Below are positions 38,810-52,285 of a stretch of 64,000 nt of DNA, one piece after another. The notes below the pieces were generated by a model that made no database searches, was not told the origin of the DNA, and was given only the letters and a program-made list of their open reading frames with translations. Origin of the DNA: Paecilomyces variotii (lineage: Eukaryota); NCBI GenBank assembly GCA_004022145.1, contig RCNU01000013.1. One strand, given 5' to 3'. Every line of letters begins with the position of its first letter. Positions within the stretch are counted from its first letter, which is position 1. Made by a program: the position numbers and the translations under genes.

Positions 38810-41800
38810 GATGTTATCGCCGTGCCGGTAACCGTTTCTATGCTACATTTTTTTTTTTCTTTGGCCATGTCGGATATGTGTATCTTGTCGGAGAGAGGAA
38901 TTCGGGTCAGGAACATACCCTCAGCCAGACGGACAGTAGCGGCTGTTCCCGGATTAGCCGCCTAATTCTCAACTTTTCCCTTGCTCAACTTCTGGTGTAT
39001 CATCATCGTTGCTAGATCTCGATACTTTTTCCCAACGAAACGAAACGTATTGATAGAGAATTCTCTTCGACTATGAGAGCGGGTGGTTCATGATGCTTCT
39101 GTATCTGTAAATAGAGCTCGTATGGCGAAATCGGTAGCCCATAGATATGCAAGACACGAAGCCGAGCTCTTCTGCCTCACTGACAGTCAAGAGAAGGCCA
39201 CCTTTTCCTTCGAGTACCAAAACAAACTGCAGGTACTCACACAAAGTAAGAGTAATATCCTAATATACCATGACCTCTCGGAGGGTGTCCTCTCCTATGA
39301 GAAAATCGTATGAAGAAGAAGGGATAATAATGCTGCATAGCTCTCTCAAAGCCAATAATTTCATTCTCAACCGCTTCTACTGCACACAAGCTGGCAATCC
39401 GGACTGTTTCATACCATACAAATATCTGCCATGCGCGTAAGACCATAAACACGTGATGACAAAGAAACCCTCCCCACACACCACTCCATATATATATATA
39501 TATATATCACAACAAGGTCTATCCTCTCAACATGGAGCCAAGGTAGTGTTGTGGTTAGACCCTGCCTAGGTAGGTTCTGAAGTCTAGCTATGAACTATTC
39601 GAAATCTTCATGCAGCCTTAGGGGATTACTGGAGATAAAGGAGATTGAAAGCCCCTGCCTGCCACAAGTAGGGGTGGAGGGTTTTTTCTTTTCTTCGTGG
39701 TATCCAAACTGCCTCTATGAAATAGAGGAGTTGTGGGGCTGTGAGGTTCTGGGGGGGTTTTTTTTTATTTATTGTTTTGGTTGGTGGTGTAGCGTAGTGT
39801 GTAGTATTGATCTATATGGTTTTATAGAATAAGGACATGGACTGCATTTACCTCAGTAAACTTGCTCGACAGTATATCCTCTCGAATCATACACCAACCA
39901 TCTGGAGATTTTCAAGGTACAATAATAAAAATAGAGGTGATATTTAACTTACCTGAGAGAGAATATAATTGGAAATCAGGATCAAAACATCAGCGCACAA
40001 AGGACGCGCGACGTGTCATGTTTATTGTCTGTTCGTGTCACGTTCTTGGCATGATAGAGCCTGCTAGATCCCTATATTCCGGATTCGTTGTGTAATTAGG
40101 AGATGAAGAGGGGGCTAACCTCCCTTCTTCGAGACAAAGTCAAGCAAGCAAGTAGCATGGCCGGCTAGATGTTCAATATACTGTTTGCTTCCGTGCCCGT
40201 TCAGGAATCGATACAAAACCTGAGATCTGACAAGGCTCCGGGCTCATGGACCTGTGGAATCCTATATCAACAGGAGATAGCTAAGTAGTGCATGTTATCC
40301 CGAATGTATGTCTAGATTCGGCTTTTGCTTTCGTGGTTCAGGACTCGACAGTAAGTATCGGGCCTCGTGCGCGTTGACGTGTCAAACCTGTCTTCGCCTG
40401 AGTGACACTGAGAGCATGCCTTACTGGTGCAGTGCAGGTCTCGGTCGCGTCGATATTTCGCATGATCTGTTTGCCAAGCTCTTGGAAGCAGACACTCACT
40501 CTGAGTAAGTAGAGAAGAGCTGCGCATTGCCCTATCAACCCCTTTGTAGAAACAAGCTTTGGAATTGGTCTGTGTGTTTTTCATCTTGAGATCGGATATT
40601 TCTTTGACGTCTTGTTCGATCTTGCTGAAAAATTCCGATGAGATCTATATGCAGGCAGTTCGGTTGACAAGCAGATGATCAACATGTCTTGGTGGCAGTG
40701 TTCAAGAATCCCTGTCGAGTCATGTATTGCACGTTCCAGTTCCATGAACGCTTTGGACTCTTCTCCACTGCGATAAACTTTCCGATTGCTCCATGAGATG
40801 TATTTCTTCTCGGAAGATATCGTGATCGAGAACGGTTCTGCGTTATCTTTTCCGAGGTGGGTTGGGTGTGGGGGTGGGTTTGCCCAGCCAGCTCCTTTGA
40901 TCCGAATCCGACATTGTGGGATATCCAGAGGTTCTTACCATACCAGATCGTTAAGATCATGGGGACCTTATGTAGTGAATGAGAGTTTTATCTGTACCCA
41001 ATAAGATAACCACCTCGAACCATCTAGATAGTCTTAATATTGAGTGTTTTGCTTACAAGCCCATGCAGCCAAGAGAAACTCCCAAGCTACTCTCGCGGGT
41101 GGGTGGGTTTGCTGGACTCGATCACGCTTATGTATGTGCGATGTTACACTGATCCCAAGAAGCACATATCCGTTAGTTATTATTACTTATGCAGCCGACA
41201 AGCGGTAGTATCCCGTCGGAGAATGCGAGTTTCACTCGGGCCGGTAGGACTCATCTCATGCATGAATGAGTACAGCCGTCTTTCTTGGCATCTCGAGCTG
41301 GAGGCGACGGAGGTTGGAGGTGGCAAGTTCTTCAGGTCTGACTGACCATCTATACTTTTTAAAAGTGGTGAATTAGCTTTTGATTGTCACAGATGTGGAT
41401 CTCAACTATCTTTTGTTACCAGACGTTGGTGTGTCTAGTTCCTCGCACTGGACATGGTCGAGACCTCTAGCCTTATGGCTCAATGTCTGAATGGCGCGAA
41501 ATGATAGAACGTGCTCAACTTCAGACACCGAAGCAATTCTAACTCGACATTTGTTTTTTTTTTTCTGTCTTTGGACGCCGGCCTTGTCGACGAGTCAGGC
41601 CATAGCCGGTTTTCGGAGTTGGCACCAGGGGGGTACTATAACTCGTAGTGTGATTGAGATTCTTGTTTGTTAATCTTGGCAGCCCATTCCTGCAGCATCT
41701 AGTTTAGAGCTCTTTTTATTTTATTTTTTATTTTTTTCCCTTTTTTCAGTGAAGAACTTGCTGGTTTCTTGCCGTACCAAAGAGGACCTCGCAGGCCGTC

Positions 41801-43570
41801 ATAAACTCCGAGATGAGAGGTAACTACCTAAACTATACTGACTTCTATAGGTACACTGTACGGAGTATACAGAGCATAAGTACAAGCTATTCTGAACCTA
41901 GTACCTACTACCTAGTAGCATTGACCTCAGGATAGAGGACCAGTCGGTGTCACGGCATTCTTGGCGCAGGATGCATCCGGATCGATCTAGCAGAATCGGC
42001 AAGGATTTTGTTTCCGGACGTTCTGATGGCTAATAATTTACCTAGTTAGAACTCTCGGTATGTCTCCGTGAAACTTCGGGTGACATCGCATGTGTAGTTA
42101 ACTAGTCGATCTTCGCTTTCTAAGCCCTGTAGCTCGTGCTTCCTTTCGTAGAACCGACTGGGTTGCTCTTTGATGTCTTTGTGCAGAAGTCATTATAGAC
42201 TAGGTAGGTAGACTACTAGACAGGCCCCCCCCCCTTCCCCCCAAAAAAATCAGGTCTTTGAATCAAGATTTGGCTTTACCGAAATAGAGGCTGGTTCCCG
42301 CGCTTGCAGTATTCCGAAGATGAGCATGTCACCGTGCACCGCCCATTGGAAACCTCAGGACCCCTAAATTACAGTAAGTACGTGAATCCCTGATTCGAAA
42401 CTCCAGATTTGACCAGGTTAGGTATGTACATACATAGTTACATAACTACCCCGTAGAATAACTAACTAACTAGTTAACTAACTAATTAATAATTGTCCGT
42501 TACCCACAGTCATCATAGATTCTTCTTGAGCTGGCCGCGCAAGCATCTCGCAAAGGAGAGCGATCGACCCAGTCATAATCTCGTCCCTGATGCATATCTG
42601 GAGATGGCCACCATGAAGTTGAACTACGTGATTCTGGATGGGTCCAGGGACTCTCCTTGTCGAACATGAGAGTGGGCACGATTGGCCGAGGTTGACTATA
42701 GGACCCTAATTCGAAGCCACGCGTTTGTTGACCAGGAACTCCTGCAGATCGTTTGAGTATACCTCCTTCGATCGTCGTCTTGGCAGTGACTGAGATCCAA
42801 GACATTCGGCCGACCTGCCATCCTTGTGACGAGTATTCCAATGTGTTTTATGTTCTCGCGTCGATTCATCTTGTCGCAGTTTTTCCCGAGGTCAAGATTG
42901 GTTCGCCAAGTTCGGGCTCCGTAGCGCCTATTTTTGTTCGTTGTACCTGGTAAGGCATGCTTTGACAGGAACCCGCTGATCGGCGTTCCCGTCCTCGAGC
43001 ACCGGAACTGCGACCACTATTCAGACTTAGTGCGCAGATCGAGTCCATTTGTATGGAAAGGTGGCGTTCGTTGACCATCAGATCCTCGCGCTAGTTCCGT
43101 AGCTTCTTCCTACCTCCAGGAACTCCCGCTAGATACGCTATCTAGTCTAGGTAGGAGACTCCTTACGAGAAAGAGATAGGTATCAATGGCCACACCCGCA
43201 CTGCGAATAGTGCTGACTATTATTATTATTATTCAGGTGTCCAGCTAGTTGACTAACTAATAACAATTAGTTAAAAGAATCGGCTGTATCCGGGTGTTAG
43301 CCATTGTGTGCTGAGACACGTCACTCCATCTTTCGAGATATCTAGGTATCTCTTGCCTCGAACGGTAATGATCAAAGCCGTTACATTCCCAAGGAACAGA
43401 CGCGTATGTGTGCGCTGCGAGGACCTCAGGAAGGAAGTGGGATTCCTTTCTTTCTTTCTTTCTTTTTCTTTTTTGTTTTTTTGACGTAGCACATGCAGCA
43501 TGGTTATCTCGCTCAGTCCTTTCCTTTCCGCTTTTGCCGGATTGCGTTTGACGTCGCAACGACGATTGCA

Positions 43571-44118
43571 GCCAAGCCCACTACAATTGCTTAGCATTTG
43601 CTTAGCATTTGCTTGGCTTGTCAGTCACTGAGAAAGAGCCAAGAAGGATCGGAGTACGGAGGAAATGAAGCATGGTTAATCGAGCGTAAGCAGACCGTAA
43701 GCCTACTCGATCCGACAAGCCACGGAAGAGCTGTGACATACCAAGGTTCTCTACCCCTTGGTATCCGAACGATATTCAGCAATGAGACTGGAGAAGGCCG
43801 ATTTAAAGTTCTGTTACATGCAGCTTAGCCATCCAGGGATATGTAGACCCTGGTAGTATCACTGCCTGGTTGCACTTAGAGTCTTTTGCTGCCTGACCGG
43901 CCCCAAATAATGACGGTTTACTAGTGTATACGATACTTCATCGAGTCCGCCTATAGCGATGTTTCGGAAAGGAAAATTAAATGACGTGGACATGGATGGT
44001 GAAAGAGACAAAGCTAACTATCTGTAGATTTATGCCAGAACCTATGCAGGAGGTGCTGCCAGGATAGTGTAGGCGTTTCAATCCGCCCACGCTACGACAT
44101 ACTATATCTGTTGCCAAG
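43571..44118 (+). promoter_or_regulatory. Cluster of putative PacC sites (GCCARG) and an 11-bp tandem repeat upstream of the CexA-like gene
   Basis: GCCARG at 43571, 43612 (reverse), 43638, 44058 and 44113. (TTGCTTAGCAT)x2 plus a partial copy at 43587-43617. Confidence 0.4.
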
Positions 44119-44662
44119 TGAGACGGTGGTGGACCGGTCTTGATGGATAATTCAGCTGATGCTGCCTCAGGAGATGAAGATTGTGCCTCGCATATTACGC
44201 ATCAAGAAGGATTGTGAGATAACTTTGTAAACTACAACGTACAGGCAACTACTAACTAGCCAGTAGGGACATACTCCCTGGGTTCACCCAAAAGGGATAG
44301 CGGTACCAGAGGGAACATAAATTACGTCTGGTGAGACTCATCCTGTAAGTTCGTCAACCGTTCTAGACTAGATCCTCTGGACGTGATATCGTTCTCCCCT
44401 AGGCTGTTAGTTTATACCCACTGTGGAGAACGCTCTCTCACGGCTCCTCTTCGCATAGACCCATGTGGATTTCGGCCTTATCGCCTCCCAGATACACGGA
44501 GCCCCCGATTCTATGCTATATATGGCTCGATTGCGTCCGTGTGTTGGCTGGTGAGTAGCATGCAATTTAGGTAGGAAGACCGGATATCTCTCCTTATTCA
44601 ATCTTCTACATTTTTTCGAGTTTATTTTCTTTTTTTGATGAACGAAACGAACATAGCCCATC

Positions 44663-46516
44663 ATGGAGATTCAAAGAGAAATCGCTCCAAGCGATACATT
44701 AGACGCCAGGTTTATCCACAGTCAGGATACTACTCCAGCCCAGTCGATCAGATCGCCAAAGTTCGAACCTCGAGAGAAGGACCAAATATCGATCCAAATA
44801 TCGGTCCCCAGTACAGCCAACAGTCTAGATCCAGAGAGTCAATCAAAACCTCAACCACCGCCATATCATGTCTTTACCCGCGCTCGCAAGAAACAGATGG
44901 TGTACTTGGTCTCAATTGCAGCCTTGTTCTCTCCTCTGTCGTCTAATATATATTTCCCTGCTCTTGGTGAAGTCGCAAAGGTATGGGGAAAATTTGTGTC
45001 TTCCAGTTATCTACAATCTTGACTAACGTTGGCTATAGGAACTCAATGTCTCTCTATCCCTTGCCACTCTTACTATCACGATTTACATGATCGTGCAAGG
45101 CATAGCGCCATCCTTTTGGGGATCCTACTCAGACGTTATCGGTAGACGTCCCATCTTTATGGGCACGTTCGCGATATACCTTATCGCGAACATTGCGCTT
45201 GCCGTATCTCAGAACTATGGGGAACTCATGGCATTTAGGGCCCTGCAAGCCGCAGGTAGTGCCGCTACGATCTCGATCGGTAAGATAATCAAATCGCATT
45301 TTGAGAACCACCCACTGATCAATACAGGCGCTGGAGTAATAGGAGATATCACGACATCTGCGGAACGAGGTGGCCTCATTGGCGCCTTCGGTGGCGGTAA
45401 GAAAACCTCCCCGGACAATTAGAGGAGGAAGCTGACAGTCACCAGTTCGAATGTTGGGTCAGGCAGTAGGTCCTGTTCTTGGTGGAATCATCACTCAGTT
45501 TCTTGGGTTCCGTGCCATATTCTGGTTCTTGACAATAGTGGGAGGCTTGTCTCTCACTACTATCGTCTTTTTCCTGCCTGAGACCTTGCGATCAATTGCG
45601 GGCAACGGCACTGTCCCACTTACCGGTATACATAAACCAGTCATCTATATGATCACTGGTCAACGAGATGCCAAAGATCCAGAGCCCGACGATGTTCAAC
45701 CGAAACGAAAAGTCACATTCACCACTATCTTCGCGCCACTACGCTTTCTGGGGGAGAAAGATGTCTTTATCACTCTCTTTTTTGGAAGTATTGTATATAC
45801 TGTCTGGAGCATGATCACTTCAACTACTACGGCCCTTTTCGAGGAGATCTACCATTTGAACTCACTAATGGTCGGGGTGACTTTTCTAGCAAATGGTATG
45901 TATTCGTTTGTCCTCCAAACTTCCGAGACGGAAATTTTACTGACCACTCATGTTCATAGGTGCGGGTTGCATGACAGGATCTTTCACCACAGGCTACCTG
46001 ATGGACTTTAACCACCGAAAGACGGAAGCAGAGTACCGCAACAGCCATGGATATCCGGCCGATACCCCTGTCAACAGCAAGACACATGCAGACTTTCCTA
46101 TCGAGTATGCTCGAATGCGCAACACCTGGTGGATTACTGCTATTTTTATTATCGCAACTGTGGGTTACGGATTCTCTCTCGAGACTCACATGGCGGTTCC
46201 GATCATATTACAATTTTTGACTGCTTACTCCGCTACTGCCGTCTTCAGTATCAACAGCGCTCTTGTCATTGACTTATATCCTGGAGCAAGTGCCAGTGCA
46301 ACTGCGGTCAACAACCTGATGCGCTGCTTGATCGGGGCGGGTGGTGTAGCTATTGCCCAACCCATGATCGACGCTTTGACACCAAGATACACCTTTCTTC
46401 TGCTGGCAGGAATTACGGCAGTTCTTAGTCCGCTGTTGTGGGTTGAACAGAAATGGGGTGCTGGCTGGCGAGCCGCGAGAGCACAGAGATTGAATGCTAA
46501 AGCGCAGGGGAAGTAA
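44663..46516 (+). CDS. cexA: DHA1-family MFS transporter, CexA (citrate exporter)-like; exons 44663-44980, 45039-45279, 45328-45396, 45446-45895, 45960-46516
   Basis: Long stretches match my recollection of A. niger CexA: FSPLSSNIYFPAL, NYGELMAFRALQAAGSAATISIGAGVIGDIT, EKDVFITLFFGSIVYTVWSM, DFPIE.ARMRNTWW and NSALVIDLYPGASASATAVNNLMRC. The MFS call is firm; the substrate is inferred. Confidence 0.85.
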
Positions 46517-48034
46517 GACAGGCAGGACAATCTGTTACGCTTGCGACGATAAAAGATCAACAAAATCAGAAGAGGTGGGATCTAGGTATCAGCCATCAAA
46601 TACGGAATGGCGATGGTCTCTATCTCTTTCCCCGGTGTTTTTTCTTTTTTTTTTTCCCCTTTTATTTTCTTCTTCTTCCTTCCCCCTTACCCCCCTCCCC
46701 CCCCCCTCCCCGGTTCTTGTTGCATCTTACTACCGCTTGCTCCTTTCCAATCGTTCTCATTTAAACCCACTGCAATCGTTCTATGATTCTTGGATTACTG
46801 TTTATCATTTACGCTTGTTTGAATTTTAGCGTTAGGGTTTGGCGCGTACGTCATCGGTATTTAGAGGTCTGGCACTTTCTCAAAATTTGGCATGTTCGGC
46901 GCAGGAAATGGAGTCTTTACAGGGACGGTTGACAATACTGTTTTTTTTTATTTTTTTATTTATTGCTATATTTTCGGAATTGTTGCAAGACCATAGATAG
47001 AAGACGTTGTCAAATCAACCTGATGGCTATATATATACAACTAAGGAGCTTATTCAAATTATATAGAACACGGAGTTGTCCCTACCATTTGTCTCTAGGT
47101 TAGAGCCTGCGTTGAGATGCTGGAGCGGCAAATTAACCATGTAGCGACTTTTATATTTTGCACTCCAGCTTCCATGCCTACTTACTCAAGACAGCTAGTT
47201 AGTTCTTGCTTGTAGTCTATCACATTCCATTATCCTCTCTGAGAACATGTCCATAGGACTCCCTATGGAGTAATATCGTTAGAGCTGATCTGAAACCTTG
47301 TCGTTTATGAATTGCACCTATTCAGAGACTGATAATTACATGGCTGTCCGCGTTTTATTATGTGAATTGCGTCCAATGTTGTTAAGTACACTTTCTATCC
47401 TGCTTTTCGATACTTGAAGAAAGAAATGTTGCAATTGCAACTGGAATTAGAATCAAGGGCCACATTTGTATAGCTCATTTTTAATGAGGTATGTGGAGAA
47501 GTCCGGCTTATTTAAATTGTCCCAAACGATCCAGGTACACAGGAGAAAAACAAGAAACACTGCTTGGTATACTCGGTGATCTGCGGTGTCAACAAACATT
47601 GGCTCGAGAAAGAAAAAATGATGTCACCTGATTTTGGAATGCTGACATAATCATAGCGAACGCACGACTTGGGACGAAACATCACGTGAGGCCAGCCACC
47701 CAACCCAAACAATCGGATCTCGTTGTCTGAGGAACGGGCATCTCTGTTTATCCTTCTTCCTAGACCTCGAAACCTCGACACCCAACGCGGCGGCGACGAG
47801 CCCTTCTAGCCCGACCGATCGCCTAGAGTAATTGATCATACTAATTACTCGCCTCTTTTCTCTTCTTGCAGATCCATTTTGCCCATATTGGTTGTCCGTC
47901 GCTGTCACGCTAGCCGTCGTGTTCATGTGGGCGTGAAGAGGTCATAACACTAAGCGATACCCAGTTGGATCCGTCCTGCGTTGAAGTTTTGCAGATTATC
48001 ACCAGGACACTTATCAGATATTCGAAACACCGAA

Positions 48035-50890
48035 ATGCCTCCTGATATCGGTGAGCACTGGGAACAACCCTTCGCCATTAGTTCGAGCCCTGTTGCCCTG
48101 CGCTCCCATCTCCACAGCTGCTAATGCGAAAGATAGGTCGAGCTCCTTCTCAGGGCTCTAGCACCGCCTCCCAGACAACCCAGCTTGTGCCCCAGAGCCG
48201 TCCTGGTACAGCCGATCCCATGAGGTCGCGATCTAATACCGTGGCCTCCAAAGGCGCTCGTCGTCCAAGGTCGAGAGGTTCGACGGCTAGCATCCATTCC
48301 AGCACCACACAACAAACACAAGACCAAAATATCGCGGATGGATTTCCTCAGTTCATCCAGGCTCAACCCCCCCAAAGTCACCATGTTTTTGGTGCCAATC
48401 CTGAGGAGATGATAATGCGTTTTGGTCAGCAGCTGGCTCATTCAGCCAATAATGCTGGCCTTGACGCTTCTCTGCATGAAGCCCACAACTCCATGATGCC
48501 ACGTCCAGAGGATTTCCAAGGACAATCGATGCATGCCCATACACTGGCTCATCATTCGTTGCCACCGGAGCTGGCGGCGCATGGCATGTCTGGGGTTCAT
48601 ATGCCACAGTATCATCCGATGTACGATGGGGGCATGGAAAACCACATCCCGGACCATATCGTCGATGAGAACGACACCTCTGAAGCTGGAGCTCGAAAGA
48701 AGAGAGGATCCAGCTCGACAGTTGCGAATGATAACGAGCTGCGTAAGCTTCTTCGTCAGTATGAAGGTTACTCTCTGAAGCAAATGGCGGCAGAGGTCCA
48801 GAAACATGAAGGTGCTGGAGGCAAGTCAGAGAAGGTCAAGCAAGTATTTGCCATGGTCTGGTAAGCAAAGCGACATACTGCTGGTCAGATTCGTGCTCAC
48901 ATCTCTCTAGGCTGAAGGAGAATTGCCGGAAGAGCAGTGGTTCTGTGCGACGCGATCGTGTATACTGCTGCTATGCTGAGAAGTGTGGAAGTGAACGCGT
49001 CTCTGTACTGAATCCCGCCTCTTTTGGAAAGCTTGTACGCATTATTTTCCCCAACGTGCAGACTCGACGTCTTGGTGTCCGTGGAGAATCGAAATACCAC
49101 TATGTGGATCTCTCTGTCATTGAAGAGAAACAGCAGCAACATTCGACGGCTCCGAACCCTCAAGGACTAGCAAACGTTCCCGGCACTGTCGGTGGTATGG
49201 ACGGAAAAGCAAACGAATTGTCAGCACGTCCAAGGAGGTAAGGAAACGTCCGAATACGCGGAACGCCGAGCCAAACTGACAGTCATGAAGTATTAGTATC
49301 CCGCAGCCACCTGCAGATACCGCAGTGTTCCCTTCTCCAACGACATCATTCACACCGAAGTTCACCGCAGCTGGTTCATCATCCTCGGGCTGCCCATGCC
49401 AGCCTCCGTTCCGCTCTACTCTCGAATCCGCTATTACCCTAGAGAACGTGTCTGGCCAGACTGCCAAGATGATACGCCAGATGCTGCAGTTTCCTGATGG
49501 CGACTCTGCCGCAGTCGACAACGAGTCTCTTCAGCTCCCCGACGTTCGCGGATATCTACCAGCAAACACCGATGTCAAGGTAGCGGCCGCTCTTGCAGCT
49601 CTCTACCGGTCTCACTGTATTTCTGTTATCGATAGTTTCCGATTCTGCAAGGAACGGAATCTGTTTCGATACTTCTCTGCCTTCCATGGCACATTAACCG
49701 TCCCAGTCCAGAAGCTCCTGACTCACCCAAACCTCGCTCCATGGATCAAGGAATGCGACTGGCTTATGTACCAGAAGATGATCGCGTTCATCGCCCCGCT
49801 CACAACGCAAGTTGTGCCAAAGCCGGTTTTAGACGCGTTCAGTTCTATTTCGCAGCGGCTGACCGTACACATTGCTGAGACCTTCAAGGCGCAGCCAGTC
49901 CATGTGTCGCTGGCCAGATTGGTTCCCGCTCATATCTTTTGCAACCTCCTGAAACATATGCTTGACGTCAATCAGTCGGCTAATGCAGCAGCAGCTTGGC
50001 TCTGCCATCCAGATAACAGAAACCAGATGTGGTTGGACTTTGCATCTCTCGTTGACCCTAAGGAGGTCATTGCAAGAGCCAACATTCCCAGTTGTGCAGA
50101 GCGCTCACTGGAACAGATCCTCAAACATGACGTCCGAGCCCTTCTTACCCCTCTGAGTGAAGAGATTGTCCCAGCTCAACCCTTTTACAACCAGCCGGAT
50201 AGAGAAGAGGATATCAATGCGCATAAATTCGCTGTTCAGCCTACTGTGGGTGATGGGTACAACTTCCCTGACAAGTGGATATCTTTCATCTTGAATATAC
50301 CTCTGGCTTTCCCTAATCATCGCGCTCAATGCATAGTCGATAAAGTGGATGCGCTATGGGATGTTATCCTCCATAGATTGACTCTGGGAGGCGCACAGAG
50401 CTTCAGCGCTTGGTGGATGACAAAGGTCTTCTTCCACGAGATGATGCTGTGGCAGGTGGAGAAAGGTGGTTTCATGAAATGCACGCCGAGCTCACTGCTG
50501 AATGTATCCCTTGGTAGTGAGAGAGCTTCCTTCAATCACCAGCAAGCCAGGTCTTCTAGCTTCTCGGGTCCCGTGAAAAACGAGTCCTTCATGTCAACAG
50601 ATATGACCCAGAACGATTTGAGATCGAGAACAACGTGCAGTCCTCACGCTAACAACGGTACTCAAGGCGATAAGGACCTGGGAAACACGCAATATGATCA
50701 CTCGAATAATGCGAATATCGTGAACGACAAGCCCGGTGTCCCTGATGGGATTGCTGCCCTTCAGGCTATGAATAATGATGACAGTGCTATCGACCTTGGC
50801 GACGACTCTATGTTGATGACTGTTGGCAAGTACGGCGACATGATGGCTTCAGACCCAGCCGATGCTGAGGGCGATGTTGTCGTCATATAA
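48035..50890 (+). CDS. RFX winged-helix transcription factor (CPCR1/RfxA-like); exons 48035-48050, 48137-48860, 48911-49237, about 49297-50890
   Basis: RFX DNA-binding domain (WLKENC...SVRRDRVY..Y...C......LNPASFGKLVRIIFPNVQTRRLGVRGESKYHY) and a C-terminal dimerisation-like region (LTLGGAQSFSAWW). Confidence 0.9.
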
Positions 50891-52285
50891 TCTACTCACG
50901 CCTTGGTATCATATCTGCATTATCTCATCTCTTCTCTTTAGCAAAGGAAAAAGTTCTGGTTTGGTTTGCTTTTATGAGGAGTTGGTTTTCTATTTGGCGC
51001 ATTTTTGGGATCCGGCGAAAGGTTCTTATTCTCATCGACGAAGAAATGGACGCTAAGCATCAACGACCTGCACGAGGCATGATGAACGAGCACGATTTTG
51101 AAAGTGGTCAATGGAAACGATAGCGGTTGGATCAGCCAGCCATTACGCGTCTAATAAGGAGGTGGAAGTCTTTGTTTTTTTTTCCCTTCACCCTTCAACA
51201 TCTAGAGCCCGCTCTCGTCCCTGTACATATGGATTTGGATTAGTCGTGGCGCGCAGCAGCTTCCAATGGCTCTCTTGACGAATTTCTTTCTGCGACGGCC
51301 TCATTTCACTTCACTTCTTGATTCCCCGGTTCGCTGTCTGCTGACGTATTTACTGGTTCGAACCTGCGTTGATTACGTCGTCCTTTTGGAACATGACCTG
51401 GTTTTAGTGATTGAGAAGGCCTCTTTGGCGGGCTGATTTCAACTTTTTTGCTGTCTTCAGGCTTACTTCTAACCTTATGGAGTTGATTTTGCATCCCTGT
51501 AATATGATGGCCGTTTTGTTCATCTTTAGCTAATTATTTCCGTTTGAGTATCTCATTCCTTTCAGTTTCATTTTCAACTCTCTATGTTATTGTGTCTCTA
51601 GTCTTGAAACTCGTCTTCTTCTATCCATCGCTTTCTTTTTCTCTGTTGGAGTATTTCTCCCATCCTTCCCTCTAACTTATTCTCTTCTAGGCTTGTTTGT
51701 TGCTTTTTTTCTTTTTTTCCTACATGCAGTTGAGCAATCAATCCATGTATGTCAATATCTCCGTGACAGTGGACCTTTTACTTTTTCTTTGTCTTTTTCT
51801 TTTTTTTCTTTTCCTTCTTGGAGAGGAATTCGAAGCGGTTGAGGACTCATATCATATGACTCGTTTGGTGAAAGTCGCTGGCTAGATGTCAGTCAGGAAA
51901 CGCAGTTTCTTCGACGATTGTGTTCAAGTGCATAGACGATTTTCTTTCTGAAGTGGATTCTTCCAGTTAGTTCCTTGTGTCTGTGCGTAGCGTAGATGTG
52001 ATATGATAGTTGTGGTCTAGCAATGGTAACTAATGCATGGGAGCATTATCTCAGAAAAGACTGTTGGGGTTCCATTTAACTACTACAGACAGGCCTGATG
52101 ATGGGCTTGTATACAAGTACAGCAGGTCCAAAATCATCACATATTGAAAAGAGACTGGCATATCATGACATTATATCAGAGAACGTATTGGATATTCCCT
52201 TCGTAGACCATACGTATGAATGAGATCAAAAAAGAAACACAGAGACCGAGAAGAAGCTGGTTCGAAGGGAGCGGTGGGTGCTCGA

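Noticed and set aside
46831..46840. GTTAGGGTTT, resembling a telomere repeat or telomerase template
   Set aside because: It is a single short match in a 3' flank, with no tandem array or supporting structure.
51350..51370. GGTTCGAACC, resembling a tRNA T-loop (similar hits near 22818, 29481 and 34399)
   Set aside because: No cloverleaf, D-arm or acceptor stem can be built.
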